A program made the position numbers and the translations under genes. From assembly GCA_025201805.1 (NCBI GenBank), contig MU619262.1:128677-192676 (forward strand): 64,000 nt of DNA, written 5' to 3'. Positions 1 through 10,612 of this stretch are shown one piece after another. Source of the DNA: Parasitella parasitica NRRL 2501 (lineage: Eukaryota; Fungi; Mucoromycota). A model generated the notes under the pieces. The model ran no database searches. It had not been told where the DNA came from and worked only from the letters and a program-made list of their open reading frames with translations. The number at the start of each line of letters is the position of its first letter. The first letter of the stretch is position 1.

Positions 1-361
1 ACAGTACTCAATAATATCTGCTAGCATTAATTTGTCCAGCGAATCTCGGTCAATCATCTGCAATTGAAGATACCGTTTGTCAATCATTCCACAAGGAACG
101 TCAGTTGTAAATCATTAGTGTGCGTATTACCTCTAAAGATGGATCAACATGTCTGTTTAAAGTCTCGAATATCATTAAATTTGAAAAAGAAGCAAAATGG
201 AGAAAAGACAGAAAGCATGTATCTTAAATGGCTTGCCATCAGCTGATAAAGGGTTCCCTGGCCGAGATACATCAAGATGGTGACACACCATGTGATTGCA
301 TGATGATCCGTCCAGCCACAACTCACATATATTAAATGTTACCATGTAGAAGAGCCAATCT

Positions 362-1778
362 TTATTTTATCAAGCAAGCAGCAGCAACAACAGAAATAGC
401 AATAATTATTATATATGTAGTAGAAATAGTAGAATTCTTAGATGTAATTGTTGGATCTTGTCTTCTAAGCACTCAAAAATAGAAATGGAATTAGGCTCCT
501 CGCTCTCCAAGATAAACTGTAGTATAAATGTATTTACCTGTTATAAGCAGGCTCCTTGGCATGCAGTGTTTTCCAACTGTTACTAACAAAAAGTGTGTTG
601 CTTTTCAAGCTGGACACAATCCAATCTCCAACAGTAAGACCACCAAATAAAGGTAAAACACCAGCACCTTGCTTTCTCCCAAAAGTAACAAACATGGCAT
701 CTGGAATCTTTTTGTATTCGGCCGTTGGTTTTTTCTTTTTGACAGCAATCTGCACAATATTCTCAACTACAACGGGCGCATGTGCACCGATACGATAAGC
801 CAACTTGGTTTCGTTGAAATCAGCAGCATCCCCTAAAACAAACACATTGGGTAAACCAGCATGGTCTACTTGGAATGTCTTCTTGACCTTGATGTAACCA
901 TTTGTGTTTACAATCTCGGCACCGAGGGAAGAGTTCTTTAACCAAGCTGTCTCAGGACGATTACCAAAAGCCAGCAACACAAGATCCACATTTTCAATCA
1001 TCTGTCCCTTGTTTGTTTTAACGATACCTGCTTCAGGGATGTAAAAATGTTCCTTGAGATCACTGGGTAAATTGACAGTATCGTTAAAGATGGTATCGAT
1101 TTTGTTCTTTTGTGCCAAACTCAACAAGTTTTTTCGTAATTTAGCATTGGGGCTGCTCGCTTCGTCCAAAAAGTTATCCTTGCCATGTACAATTGTGATT
1201 TTCTTCTCAGCATAAACATCACGGATCTCACCGGCCAATTCGATACCAACAGGACCACCACCAACAATCACAATAGAGTTTGCAGATTTGACACTGGCAC
1301 GGAGCGATTCGAGATTGGCATGTGCCGCCTCATAGGTCAAAGCAGAGGCTTTGGCAGGGGAAGGATAATGTGTTCCGGTAGCAATAACCAAGTAATCATA
1401 AGCAATGCGACTGCCATGTTCTTCAATGGATTGATCCAATACAATTTCACCCTTTTCAAGCATCACCGCACTAGCTTGAACAACCTTGTTACTTTTGTTC
1501 TGAAATAGATCTGTATAAGGAATCAAGATGCGTGAATCCCAATCCAAAACAGCAGATCTGAGACCTGCAATAGCGTGATAAAAATGCGATTTCTTACGTT
1601 ATATTTATTTGAGTGAGTGGCCTGTGCATACACACAAAATATTTTAACTTATACATACCTTTTCAACTAGAATAATACGATGTTCCTGATCGTTGGATTT
1701 GGCTAATGCTTTTTCCAGGGCACCGGCAACTGTAATACCAGCAAAGCCACCACCGATGATAACAATGTTTTTGGTCAT
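362..1778 (-). CDS. AIF/AMID (FSP1/AIFM2-like) FAD/NAD(P)H-dependent oxidoreductase
   Basis: ATG at 1778 gives MTKNIVIIGGGFAG (first Rossmann motif). Intron 1593-1658. Second Rossmann motif IVIVGGGPVGIELAGE, plus ATG and GD motifs. The unspliced stop is at 534; a canonical intron at 465-537 extends the CDS to TAA at 362 with a hydrophobic tail. Confidence 0.85.
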
Positions 1779-3287
1779 TTTTGAAAGGCGTGTGGAAGAC
1801 AAAAAGTGCAAAGATAGAGAAATCAGAAAAATAAGCTATTTTAGATCACCAGAAACTAGGCTGGGCCCTTTTATATGCTCGTACGGCATAGACGGTCCAA
1901 TAAAGCAAGCTGGAATCAAATATTGCCGCTTGCGTCCGGATTATTAATGCTTATAAATTCATCATCTGGCAGGCTACATGGTGAATTGCTATAACTAAAT
2001 AAGCAAAGTTTTCCGCATTGAAAAATTGGAAAAAAGTAGTGTAAATACGAAAAATAATCAACGCTACTTGACGCATATTTTTCATTTCGAGCTGGATATT
2101 CATAGGGTTTTAAAAGCTAAAGAGTCCTTTAAGATTATTCCTCTTTGATTTTCTTAATTCGGCCATCAATGTCATGATCCAAGAGATCAGAATAACCTTC
2201 GTGATTTATCTGTTCTTCTTTCCCTTCCTATACATTTATTACCATGATCCAATAAACATACTTTTATACGTCACTTATCCCTCATTGATACCTATAACCA
2301 TATATAAAATAGCAATCACAATTGACAACAACAACATCTAATAGCTTAACCTTAGGATCAAACCTTATAACCTATATATCTCATTGGAGCCTCTTAATCT
2401 ATCACAGTACATTTCTTTAATCACGCCTGCTTTTTCACACATTCATCTTCATTGAACTGCAATCCTTAACCACAAACCGTATCAGTCAGCCGAACTGATT
2501 ACCACTTGACAAGCTATCATTGATGTATACAATACACTACTGGATCCGCTATTAATATAGATAAGTTGGTTGAAAACGAGCATAAAACCTAAATCAACTT
2601 CAAAACATAATAAAGCTATCCATCAATCGGGTAAACCTGGTATAGACCAATATGCTTGCCGAGAAAATAATGGCTTACAAATAACGCCCCTCTTTCTTTT
2701 AATGTTATCAAGTATCATTGTAATTGCTAAATAAATATCCTTCTCGTGTCATTGCATCTATAAAAATTTATGATTGAAATAAATTTATGGTTATAAATAC
2801 AGATTCATCGTATCAAGCTCAAATGCTTGGTGGTTTTCGAGGAGAGTAGATGATTTGATAGCATCATAAATTAAAGCTTGGCGTTCATTGAAGGGCAAAA
2901 GATCGTTTATTTGCCTTCCCATAATGATATGTTTGGGTTTTTGCAGAAAATCTGTCATTTCTAGATGGTCAATTTACTCTAAATTTTGAAAATAAAAATT
3001 ATCATTTTCAACAACATGAAATTGACTTGATTAAAACCCATCATTAATTATTCATGCATACATAATGCAACAATATGCAACTTGACATGGCCGTGTTTCC
3101 AAATAAAACAAAACAGTTTATATAGCAAGACTTGACGCAAAGTCAGCTTTTTCTTGTATCATACAGTGCTTTTACACGCGCAGTATTTTTTAATCATTTT
3201 CTTTATAGTGTACAAATGGGAAATGACTACTATTCTTTATAATCTAGCAATAGCGGTATTATTACCCAAAAATTCAGATCCATCGAG

Positions 3288-4550
3288 TCAAGCTGAAGCA
3301 ACCTTATAGCCAAGCGTATTCAAAGAGTTGGCCAAAGCTCCTTCAACCTTCTTGATGTGTTGGCGCTCATCTTCCATGACAGAGATACCCATGTGACCAA
3401 TTCTGAAGTATTTGGTAGCACACTCTTTGAGAATACCACCAGCAATTTGAACACCCTGTCCGGCCAAACCACCGACAAGTTCACCAACTTGAACGCCCTC
3501 AGGAAGCCAGACGGCTGTCATGCCGTTTGCGGAACATTCTTCGCATTGGGCTACTTGCTTAAGGCCCCAGTTCTTGATGGTTTGTCTAAATTGAGAAGCA
3601 ACCTGACGATGCTTTTCAAAGCGAACCTCAAGGGGCTGGCTGAGAACCTTGGTCAAAGAAGCATGGAGAGCATAGATAAGTTGAACAGCAGGAGTGGCAA
3701 AGTAAGAGGGTTTACGAGCTTCATAGGCTTGCATAACAGGGAGCCACTTGTTCCAGTTGGAGTAGTATGAGGGGATAGGAGTCTTTCTATCTTGGACAAC
3801 TTGAAGAGCCTTTTGGCTGGCAACAACAATGGAGAGACCAGGGGGAACACCGAGACCCTTTTGAGAACCTGTGATAACGATATCCAAGTTCCAGGCATCG
3901 AAACGGATCTCCTCAGAACCGACGGAGCAAACGCCGTCAACAACAACCAAAGTGTTGGGAGAGACAGACTTGACAGTCTCTGCAACAGCCTTGATATCAG
4001 AAAGGACACCAGTACTAAACATTTGAAGTGTTGGTTATCCAAAGGCAATGAACATTTGAAAGGATTAGAGACTTACGAGGTGTCAACGTGTGTTACAGTG
4101 ACAAATTTGTATTGGGTCTTGGAACAAGCTTCCTTGATGGCTTCTTGGCTAGGGCGCGAGCCAACTTCAGCACCGAGTTGAGTAACCTTGGCACCATAAG
4201 TTTCAAGACTATCATGCGAGGTTAGCAAATATGCTTTCGTGTCTAGCTGGACTAACTTACCATTGAGCGAAATGAGAGCCGAAATAACCAGTGTTGAGAA
4301 GGAGGACCTCATCGCCTTGTTCAATCAAGTTAACCATCATATCCCAACCAAGGGTACCTGAGCCAGAGACAATGAAGGGTTGTGCGGTCTCCGAAATGAC
4401 AGCCTTACGAACCATCTCGATAGTCTCGCCAAAGATGGGAACAAAGTTGGGATCGACATGAGATGTAGCAGGAGTTGCCATGGCAGCCAAAACATCTTCA
4501 TGAAATTCGATAGGGCCAGGGATCATACAAATTTTACGGTCAACAGTCAT
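3288..4550 (-). CDS. AGX1: Alanine-glyoxylate aminotransferase (class V PLP enzyme)
   Basis: MTVDRKICMIPGP start; SGSGTLGWD, VTHVDTSTGV, VDGVCS, TGSQKG (PLP lysine) and FRIGHMG motifs. Introns 4209-4260 and 4015-4076. Confidence 0.93.
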
Positions 4551-5025
4551 TTTTTGGGGTTGATGGAGATAGTAAAGAAAGAAGGAGAAACTGAGCAAAC
4601 CCAAGGTATTTATGGGAAAAAATTAGATGGCGTAACACAAAACACTTAATAGTTGCAATCAAAGGGAAAAATATAGACTGCTTTAAGACTTGCTGCGATA
4701 TGAATGATTCATCTGTGTCATCTATACCTATGACAGACATAGAAATTCTAACAAGGTAGCAAATTTGCATACTTTATTACAAGGTAATCTGGGTTTCCAG
4801 CTCGATATGAACATGCAAATATATTACTGATGATTTCAACACATATGCTATATAGTGGTACACAGTGGATGACTATGTTGACCTTAAAAGGAACTAATAA
4901 TGTCCTTATTATTCAACTTTTTCAGCAATAACATTTATCGTGAGAAGTTTAAATGTTTTTGACACGTCTTTGTTTGTATATGATTTACTACCGTATAATA
5001 AATCAAAAGGGGTCATTTAAGTTTT

Positions 5026-5788
5026 TCAAAGGTGAATCACATCGGACTTGTCCAAAGACAAAGGTGCACCATTAGGATGCTCTTTTTCGTACTGAATGCA
5101 AGCAGCTTTCAGGTTGCTTATGAAGGCGGGTACACCTGTCTTTGCAGCCCAATTAATGACGGATATAGGTATGCTTCCCTATCATAAAATTAGCCTCCGT
5201 TATTTTATATATTGCAATGCCATGGTGATGTACCTTGGGGTCGTCAAAGTAATCCATAAATACAGAACATCCTTCACCGTCCTGTCCAGTAGCGATACAT
5301 ATATTTTGCATGTATGTATCAATACGAATGACGCCCTTACGCTCAGGGAAGCTTGCAGAGGGCAAAGACTCGCCGAGAATCACTTGATACTGTTTGCCAT
5401 CTGATTCTGTTACTACTTTTCTTTCGATGGTATATGCGTAATCTCTGTTGGAAAGCGGCCAAGGATACTTCATTTCAAAATGGTTGCCATGATGAGAGTC
5501 TTCATGAGCTGGTTCTACCTTGAAGTATTGATGCGATTGCATATTCTTGTCCCATTTCTTTCTAAATTCTAAATCCAAGTAGACATGAGCTAGTGTATCT
5601 GATTTGACATCGCTCCAACCACCAAAAGATCGATATTCGTACAGATTCGGATTTCTGTCGTGCGCAGGTCGGCGATATACAGTGAAATCTGAATTTTTGA
5701 CATAAAACTCCCATTTTCCATCGAGCTTAGTCTGTTCTTTGCATTGTTTGACAAAGTCGCGAAATTTATCGTCAGGGAAAAATGGCAT
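5026..5788 (-). CDS. START-domain lipid transfer protein, PCTP/StARD2-like
   Basis: DLEFRKKWD, KYPWPLSNRDY and YFDDPK|GSIPISVINWAAKTGVPAF motifs typical of PCTP. One intron at about 5179-5233; TGA at 5026. Confidence 0.85.
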
Positions 5789-6833
5789 TACGACAGTGAA
5801 AGAGAAAAGGAAAGAGAGACAAAGACAAAGACATCCTATATATAGAGCGTATCGATGACTCCCTTTGGATGATTCGAAATACGTTTTTTTTCTAATCATT
5901 GCGTCCAAAACGGTAGGAGGTTGTGACCGCAGCTGAAGTCTGTTATCTGGCCCCTTGTAGTCGAATGACCTATAGTTAAGCTTGGCTTGCCTCTTGTCCC
6001 AACTATCCTTAATGCAAAATATTGGTTGGATAATATTACGCAAAAGACGAACAATTGCTAGCGTCATATAATACACTGTTTTATTGATAATAAGCTTACG
6101 TTAATCGCAGTATATTACTTTGTATAGCAATACCAAGTATCTTTGCATTCTATTTTAACCTCAAATTTTGGAAGTTTTCTGTGAAAGACAGGTTTGCAGT
6201 TGTTTGCGTTCCACAGCAAAAATGCAGACTGAGATGAAAAAGACAACGTTCATGTAAAACGGAAGCTACGACCTCGGTTACAACAGTGTCGTGCAAGACA
6301 TTTGATTTATCACAGATATGGTTAATCAATCACCAATGAGGCAATATTTTCAGGGAAACCTGCTTTACATTTCCTGGCTCATCTGAGAGCCAACGACTAA
6401 ATTAACGTAATAGCCGGGATGCGAGTAATATCAACTATCTTTGGCTATCAAAAGAGTACGGCATCTACAAGCACTCAGAGGGAAATTCGCTAGAATTTGA
6501 CAATCATTCATGTCATAAATGTTTAATTTTGCTATATGGCATCAACTTGCCTTGAGCACAAACCTTATAACCATAATTTGACTTAAAAGAGGTATTTGTT
6601 TCTGTCCCAATGACAAAGTGAAAGTGACAGCATCACTGGAAGAAGGGGCGATCAACACATGTTCATGCCAGATTATAGTTATATCGTATCCCTATTTCAG
6701 CAAGCAGTGCAGCTACACAATAGTTTCCTTGCTCACTAGCCTATTCGCCGCCTCGAAAACTCTCTAGATGAACAGCGCCTTTATTAAACCAGTTTTACTG
6801 TGCTATTTGGAAATTAATAATCGAGGATCACCA

Positions 6834-6843
6834 NNNNNNNNNN
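6834..6843. other. Assembly gap next to a poly-A tract
   Basis: Run of N followed by about 28 A. Confidence 0.95.
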
Positions 6844-7118
6844 AAAAAAAAAAAAAAAAAAAAAAAAAAAACGCTCAACATAGAGAAGAGGAGAAAGGAG
6901 CTGCCAATCCATTTTTGTGTGGCCACACACAAATCTAAGCACCTAACTTGTATTGAATTTTTCTATGAGCAGTTTCTGTAAACAACAGAAAACGTAAAAG
7001 CAAAACCTCAAAGTCAACACATGTTTATTCTTTGTTGTATTTACTATTTTATTATCAGTATTATTAAGTATTAAGTAGAACTATTATTACTAGTGAGGAA
7101 TTATCAAGGGGAAAATGG

Positions 7119-7640
7119 TTAGAATACAGATCCAGTGGTGTGCCATCCTTGGTGGAATGCGAGAGCACCGATAGCTATAGTAACGCCATAGAAGACAATG
7201 TTGAAGAATAAGCGAATAAGATGATGGCTGACACCGACTTCAGTAAAAGCGTTTACGACAGTAAAGGCAAAGAAGATCCAGGCCAAAATCATGACAGCGC
7301 GAGTAGAGCCAGAGCCGAATGTATTCAAAGCCAATACAGACAAGAGCAACAGGGTATTTTCAAACAGGACCTCATGAGCTCTTTGCAAACGATCAGTCAA
7401 TGAGGTGTGGAGGCCCTTCCACTTGGGCTTCTTGGCAGCAGCAGCCTCGCCTTCGCTGCCCACAGCTGCCTCAGGATCCGCAGCAGCAGCGCCAGTTTGG
7501 TCATGACCAAAGGCATGGCGAAGAAAATAAGAGAGACCCCATAGAACCCAGAGGGTGAAGAAGGCAATCCACGACGATCTGACGTAAGGATCAGTGACAA
7601 ATGCGCTGATGTTGGCTTGTTGTTGGCTATTAGTATCCAT
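7119..7640 (-). CDS. Small multi-pass membrane protein of unknown function (173 aa, about 4 TM)
   Basis: Intronless ORF from MDTNSQQQ with hydrophobic segments WIAFFTLWVLWGLSYFL, LLLLSVLAL, VMILAWIFFAFTVV and LFFNIVFYGVTIAIGAL. TATA-like TATAAAAAG upstream at about 7697-7705. Confidence 0.75.
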   Translation of the reverse strand: MDTNSQQQANISAFVTDPYVRSSWIAFFTLWVLWGLSYFLRHAFGHDQTGAAAADPEAAVGSEGEAAAAKKPKWKGLHTSLTDRLQRAHEVLFENTLLLLSVLALNTFGSGSTRAVMILAWIFFAFTVVNAFTEVGVSHHLIRLFFNIVFYGVTIAIGALAFHQGWHTTGSVF

Positions 7641-8378
7641 TTTGTGCGTAAGATTAGAAAAGACTAGGGAGCAGCAAAATGGCATTTGCAATGCCTCTTT
7701 TTATACCAGTTTTCGATCGCTGAACCATCACTCTCACCGCAATGGATGGTGGTGATGATGACAGTACTAAAGTGTCATAATTGCGAGCTGTATGGATAAA
7801 CAAACAAATTCATGTAGCATGAAAGCAGTCTTTGTAACACAGCATATCAGACATTATAATCACCATCACTTTCATAGAGGAATTTTGAGGTGGCACCTGA
7901 CTCTCTCTAGCATTGATAAGAGTCCTTTATATCAGTAATTTGCGTGAAAAGGCGCCAGAGAATTTAGCGCTAAGGATGCGTCGTAGAAAAGATCGCTTCA
8001 AGCGAATAATACAATCACTTGCAACAAGGACCAAAGATTTATACCAGCATGTTAGACTCAATGAATACTAGGATGACAGATGACTTTTGCATGTTGTCAG
8101 AAATGTTCAAATAAGGGATTTCCTGGCAATAAACATACACAAACAAAACATGGCATCGTAGTCCTTTTTTTTTTATTTATTTTTTGTATTGAAATAAAAC
8201 TAAAGCGACCTGCAATGTACGATTAGATATATATTTATGTACTATGAACACTAATCATATTAAATCCAACGCAGGGCATAACGGACACTACATGGGATAT
8301 ATATCATTTTGTTTTAATAGCAATAACAAAAGGAAATGAGGGGGAAGGGGGGGGGGAGGGGGTTTTATTGTTGTACAG

Positions 8379-10416
8379 TTAAACAGTTTCACTTCTATCT
8401 CTGTTGCTGTTACTATCTGATCTACTACTTTGATTGTTTAAGCTATGGTTACCATTTTTTTTGTTCAACCGCGCTCCAAGCTGTACAAACCCTTGCTTGA
8501 AGGCATTGGATTTCCGTGCTGACTGTCTTGTTAGAATTCTATCAGCTTCTTCGGATTGTCTGCCATGTAAAGCTGCAAATGGCAACGCAAGATTCTCGTG
8601 CCGTAGTCGCAACAGTGCTGTCGATGCGGGTTGCTGGCGGCGATGCGTCGCACTAGCTGGACGCAAACTGCTGGCGGATGATGATCTTGGGCACATTTTG
8701 GGTTTAGATGATGATGATAGTAATGAGATTGATGTTGTTGTTATTGTTGTTGTTGTTGTAGGAAATGCATTGATTGCAGCAGCTGCAGAGTTCAATGCTT
8801 CATTTTCTGCAGTCGTGGGTAAACAAGGTATATCCTCACTACTGGAGCAAGATGATAAAAAACAATCCTGCTGTTGTACATGTTCCTCTAAGACGGGAGC
8901 AGACGATACACCCTCAGTGTCGATGAATGGTGGAGTTGATGGTGGTGGTGGCGGTGGTGGCGGTGGTGATGGCTGCTGTTGCACCACTAGCGCACAGATT
9001 GGCATAGATGCGCCGCTGGTAGGTGTCACTGAATGCGGTCGTTTGTAGTATGGTGTGGAAAACATGGCAGAAACACGATCGTTCTCGTCTGTCCAATGAG
9101 CACAGCATAACTGGTAATCCAGTGTGATGACTTGCCTCCCAGCTCTTTCAATAAAGCGGCTACGAGAAACAAATGACTCAAAGTAAGGGCCAAAGCAAAA
9201 AGAGCACGTTTGTTTTTGTTCGAAATAGTCGACAATATGGCAATGTGATAGAGAGGCGGGCAAGCTGATGCTGTTTTTTACCATGTTTCTAGCACATATT
9301 TCGAGTAGGCTGGGTGGGTCGTGCGCTAGTGTGTGTACTACTTCGTTTTCAAATGCGCATCCTACAGCTGTCAGTTTTCGCAGCGATTTCAATGCGGATA
9401 TCTCGGCAGGTATTGTCTTTAGAGGATTGTGAGATACATTCAACGTGATCATATCGTCTAAATTTGATAGTTCTCGTGGCAGTTGTGAAAGTTGGTTGTG
9501 ATTGAGAACAAGGATGATAAGATTAGGCAAACTACCTATGCCTTTCGGCAATGTTGTCAAATTGTTATGGCTGAGATTGATGGCTTTGAGCTTCCCTAAA
9601 GATGTGATTGTGTCTGGTATGGTTTCTAACTGGTTTTTGGAGGCATTGAATATACGAAGATTCTTTAACCTTCCAATAGCTCTTGGCAAATTTATCATTT
9701 GATTATTGGATCTACCCTATGTGTTAATGTCCAAGACAAAATATGAAAGATCAATAAGCTTACAGGTCCAATTTGGTAAGATTATCAAGATGGCTAATGC
9801 TTGAACTTAGTTTAATGAGCGACCTGCCAGACAAGTCTAGCGCAAGTGAAGGCCCAGAGACTAGCCTTTTGGGAGTGCTGCTAGGCATGATTTCGTCAAG
9901 GGTTAATTTGGACCAACCCTCCTCACCTCGTAACGTATTGTTGTCATCATCGTCTTCTGACATAATGCTGTCATCCTCGGCATCAGAGCCATTCAATGAG
10001 TTAGCACTGGTAGGTGTACTAGCATCAGCAGCAGCAAAGACTGCATCCAATTCAACGTCATTGTCATCATCATCTTCGTAATGCACAATGTTGGGATAGT
10101 AAGTTTCATCAATGTAGTTCAAGTCGTTGGCCAGATCTCTTTTTACAAGAGAAAGTCTCTTTTCCTGGCTGTAGCATCTGCATAACTGTGTATTCCTCTG
10201 GTCAGCAGCCATCATTGAATAATGTTTTTTGGAGGAACAATGTTGGCACGTCGGCTCTAGTTTGTAGAGATGAGGATTGTCGAGAACAAAGTCAGGCAAA
10301 GTGCGATCTCGACTGTCACTTCCAGTGCCTTCATTATTCTCTGGCTCGTGATAACTATTGCCAATGTATCCGAATGTGAGCGGTGCATTAGCTCCATTCG
10401 ACTGCTGCTGACCCAT
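8379..10416 (-). CDS. Leucine-rich repeat protein with BC/SOCS-box-like motif and Cys-rich module (LRRC58-like architecture)
   Basis: Start MGQQQS at 10416. Intron 9712-9763 joins TKLDL|SNNQMINLP. About 7 LxxLxLxxNxL repeats, then DPPSLLEICAR, CSFCFGPYF and LCCAHW. Confidence 0.8.
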
Positions 10417-10612
10417 TATTTTGGCGCTTTTGTATATATCCAAACCAGAAGCAAAAGAGATAAAACTCTTGTATGATATCTGTGGTATTTTTCTCTTTGT
10501 GTAACTATTCAGGTAGCACAATAAAGTCTTCGAATGCTGCAACCAGTTCCTGTAGTTTGAAGATTTCACATATATTTTTATTTATATATACATCAGCTAA
10601 AAAGGTTCAGTA

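Noticed and set aside
1-335. Possible last exons of a plus-strand gene entering the window (NLGQSSAIEDTVCQSFHKE|HGSTCLFKVS...)
   Set aside because: It needs an unusually short 39 nt intron and shows no recognisable motif; it cannot be supported without upstream sequence.
2150-2700. Faint LINE reverse-transcriptase-like words (YTTGSAINIDK)
   Set aside because: A single weak motif with no YADD box or collinear support.
5789-6076. N-terminal extension of the START ORF in the ORF track
   Set aside because: It starts at a non-ATG codon and runs through a TATA box and pyrimidine-rich leader; the ATG at 5788 fits the family better.
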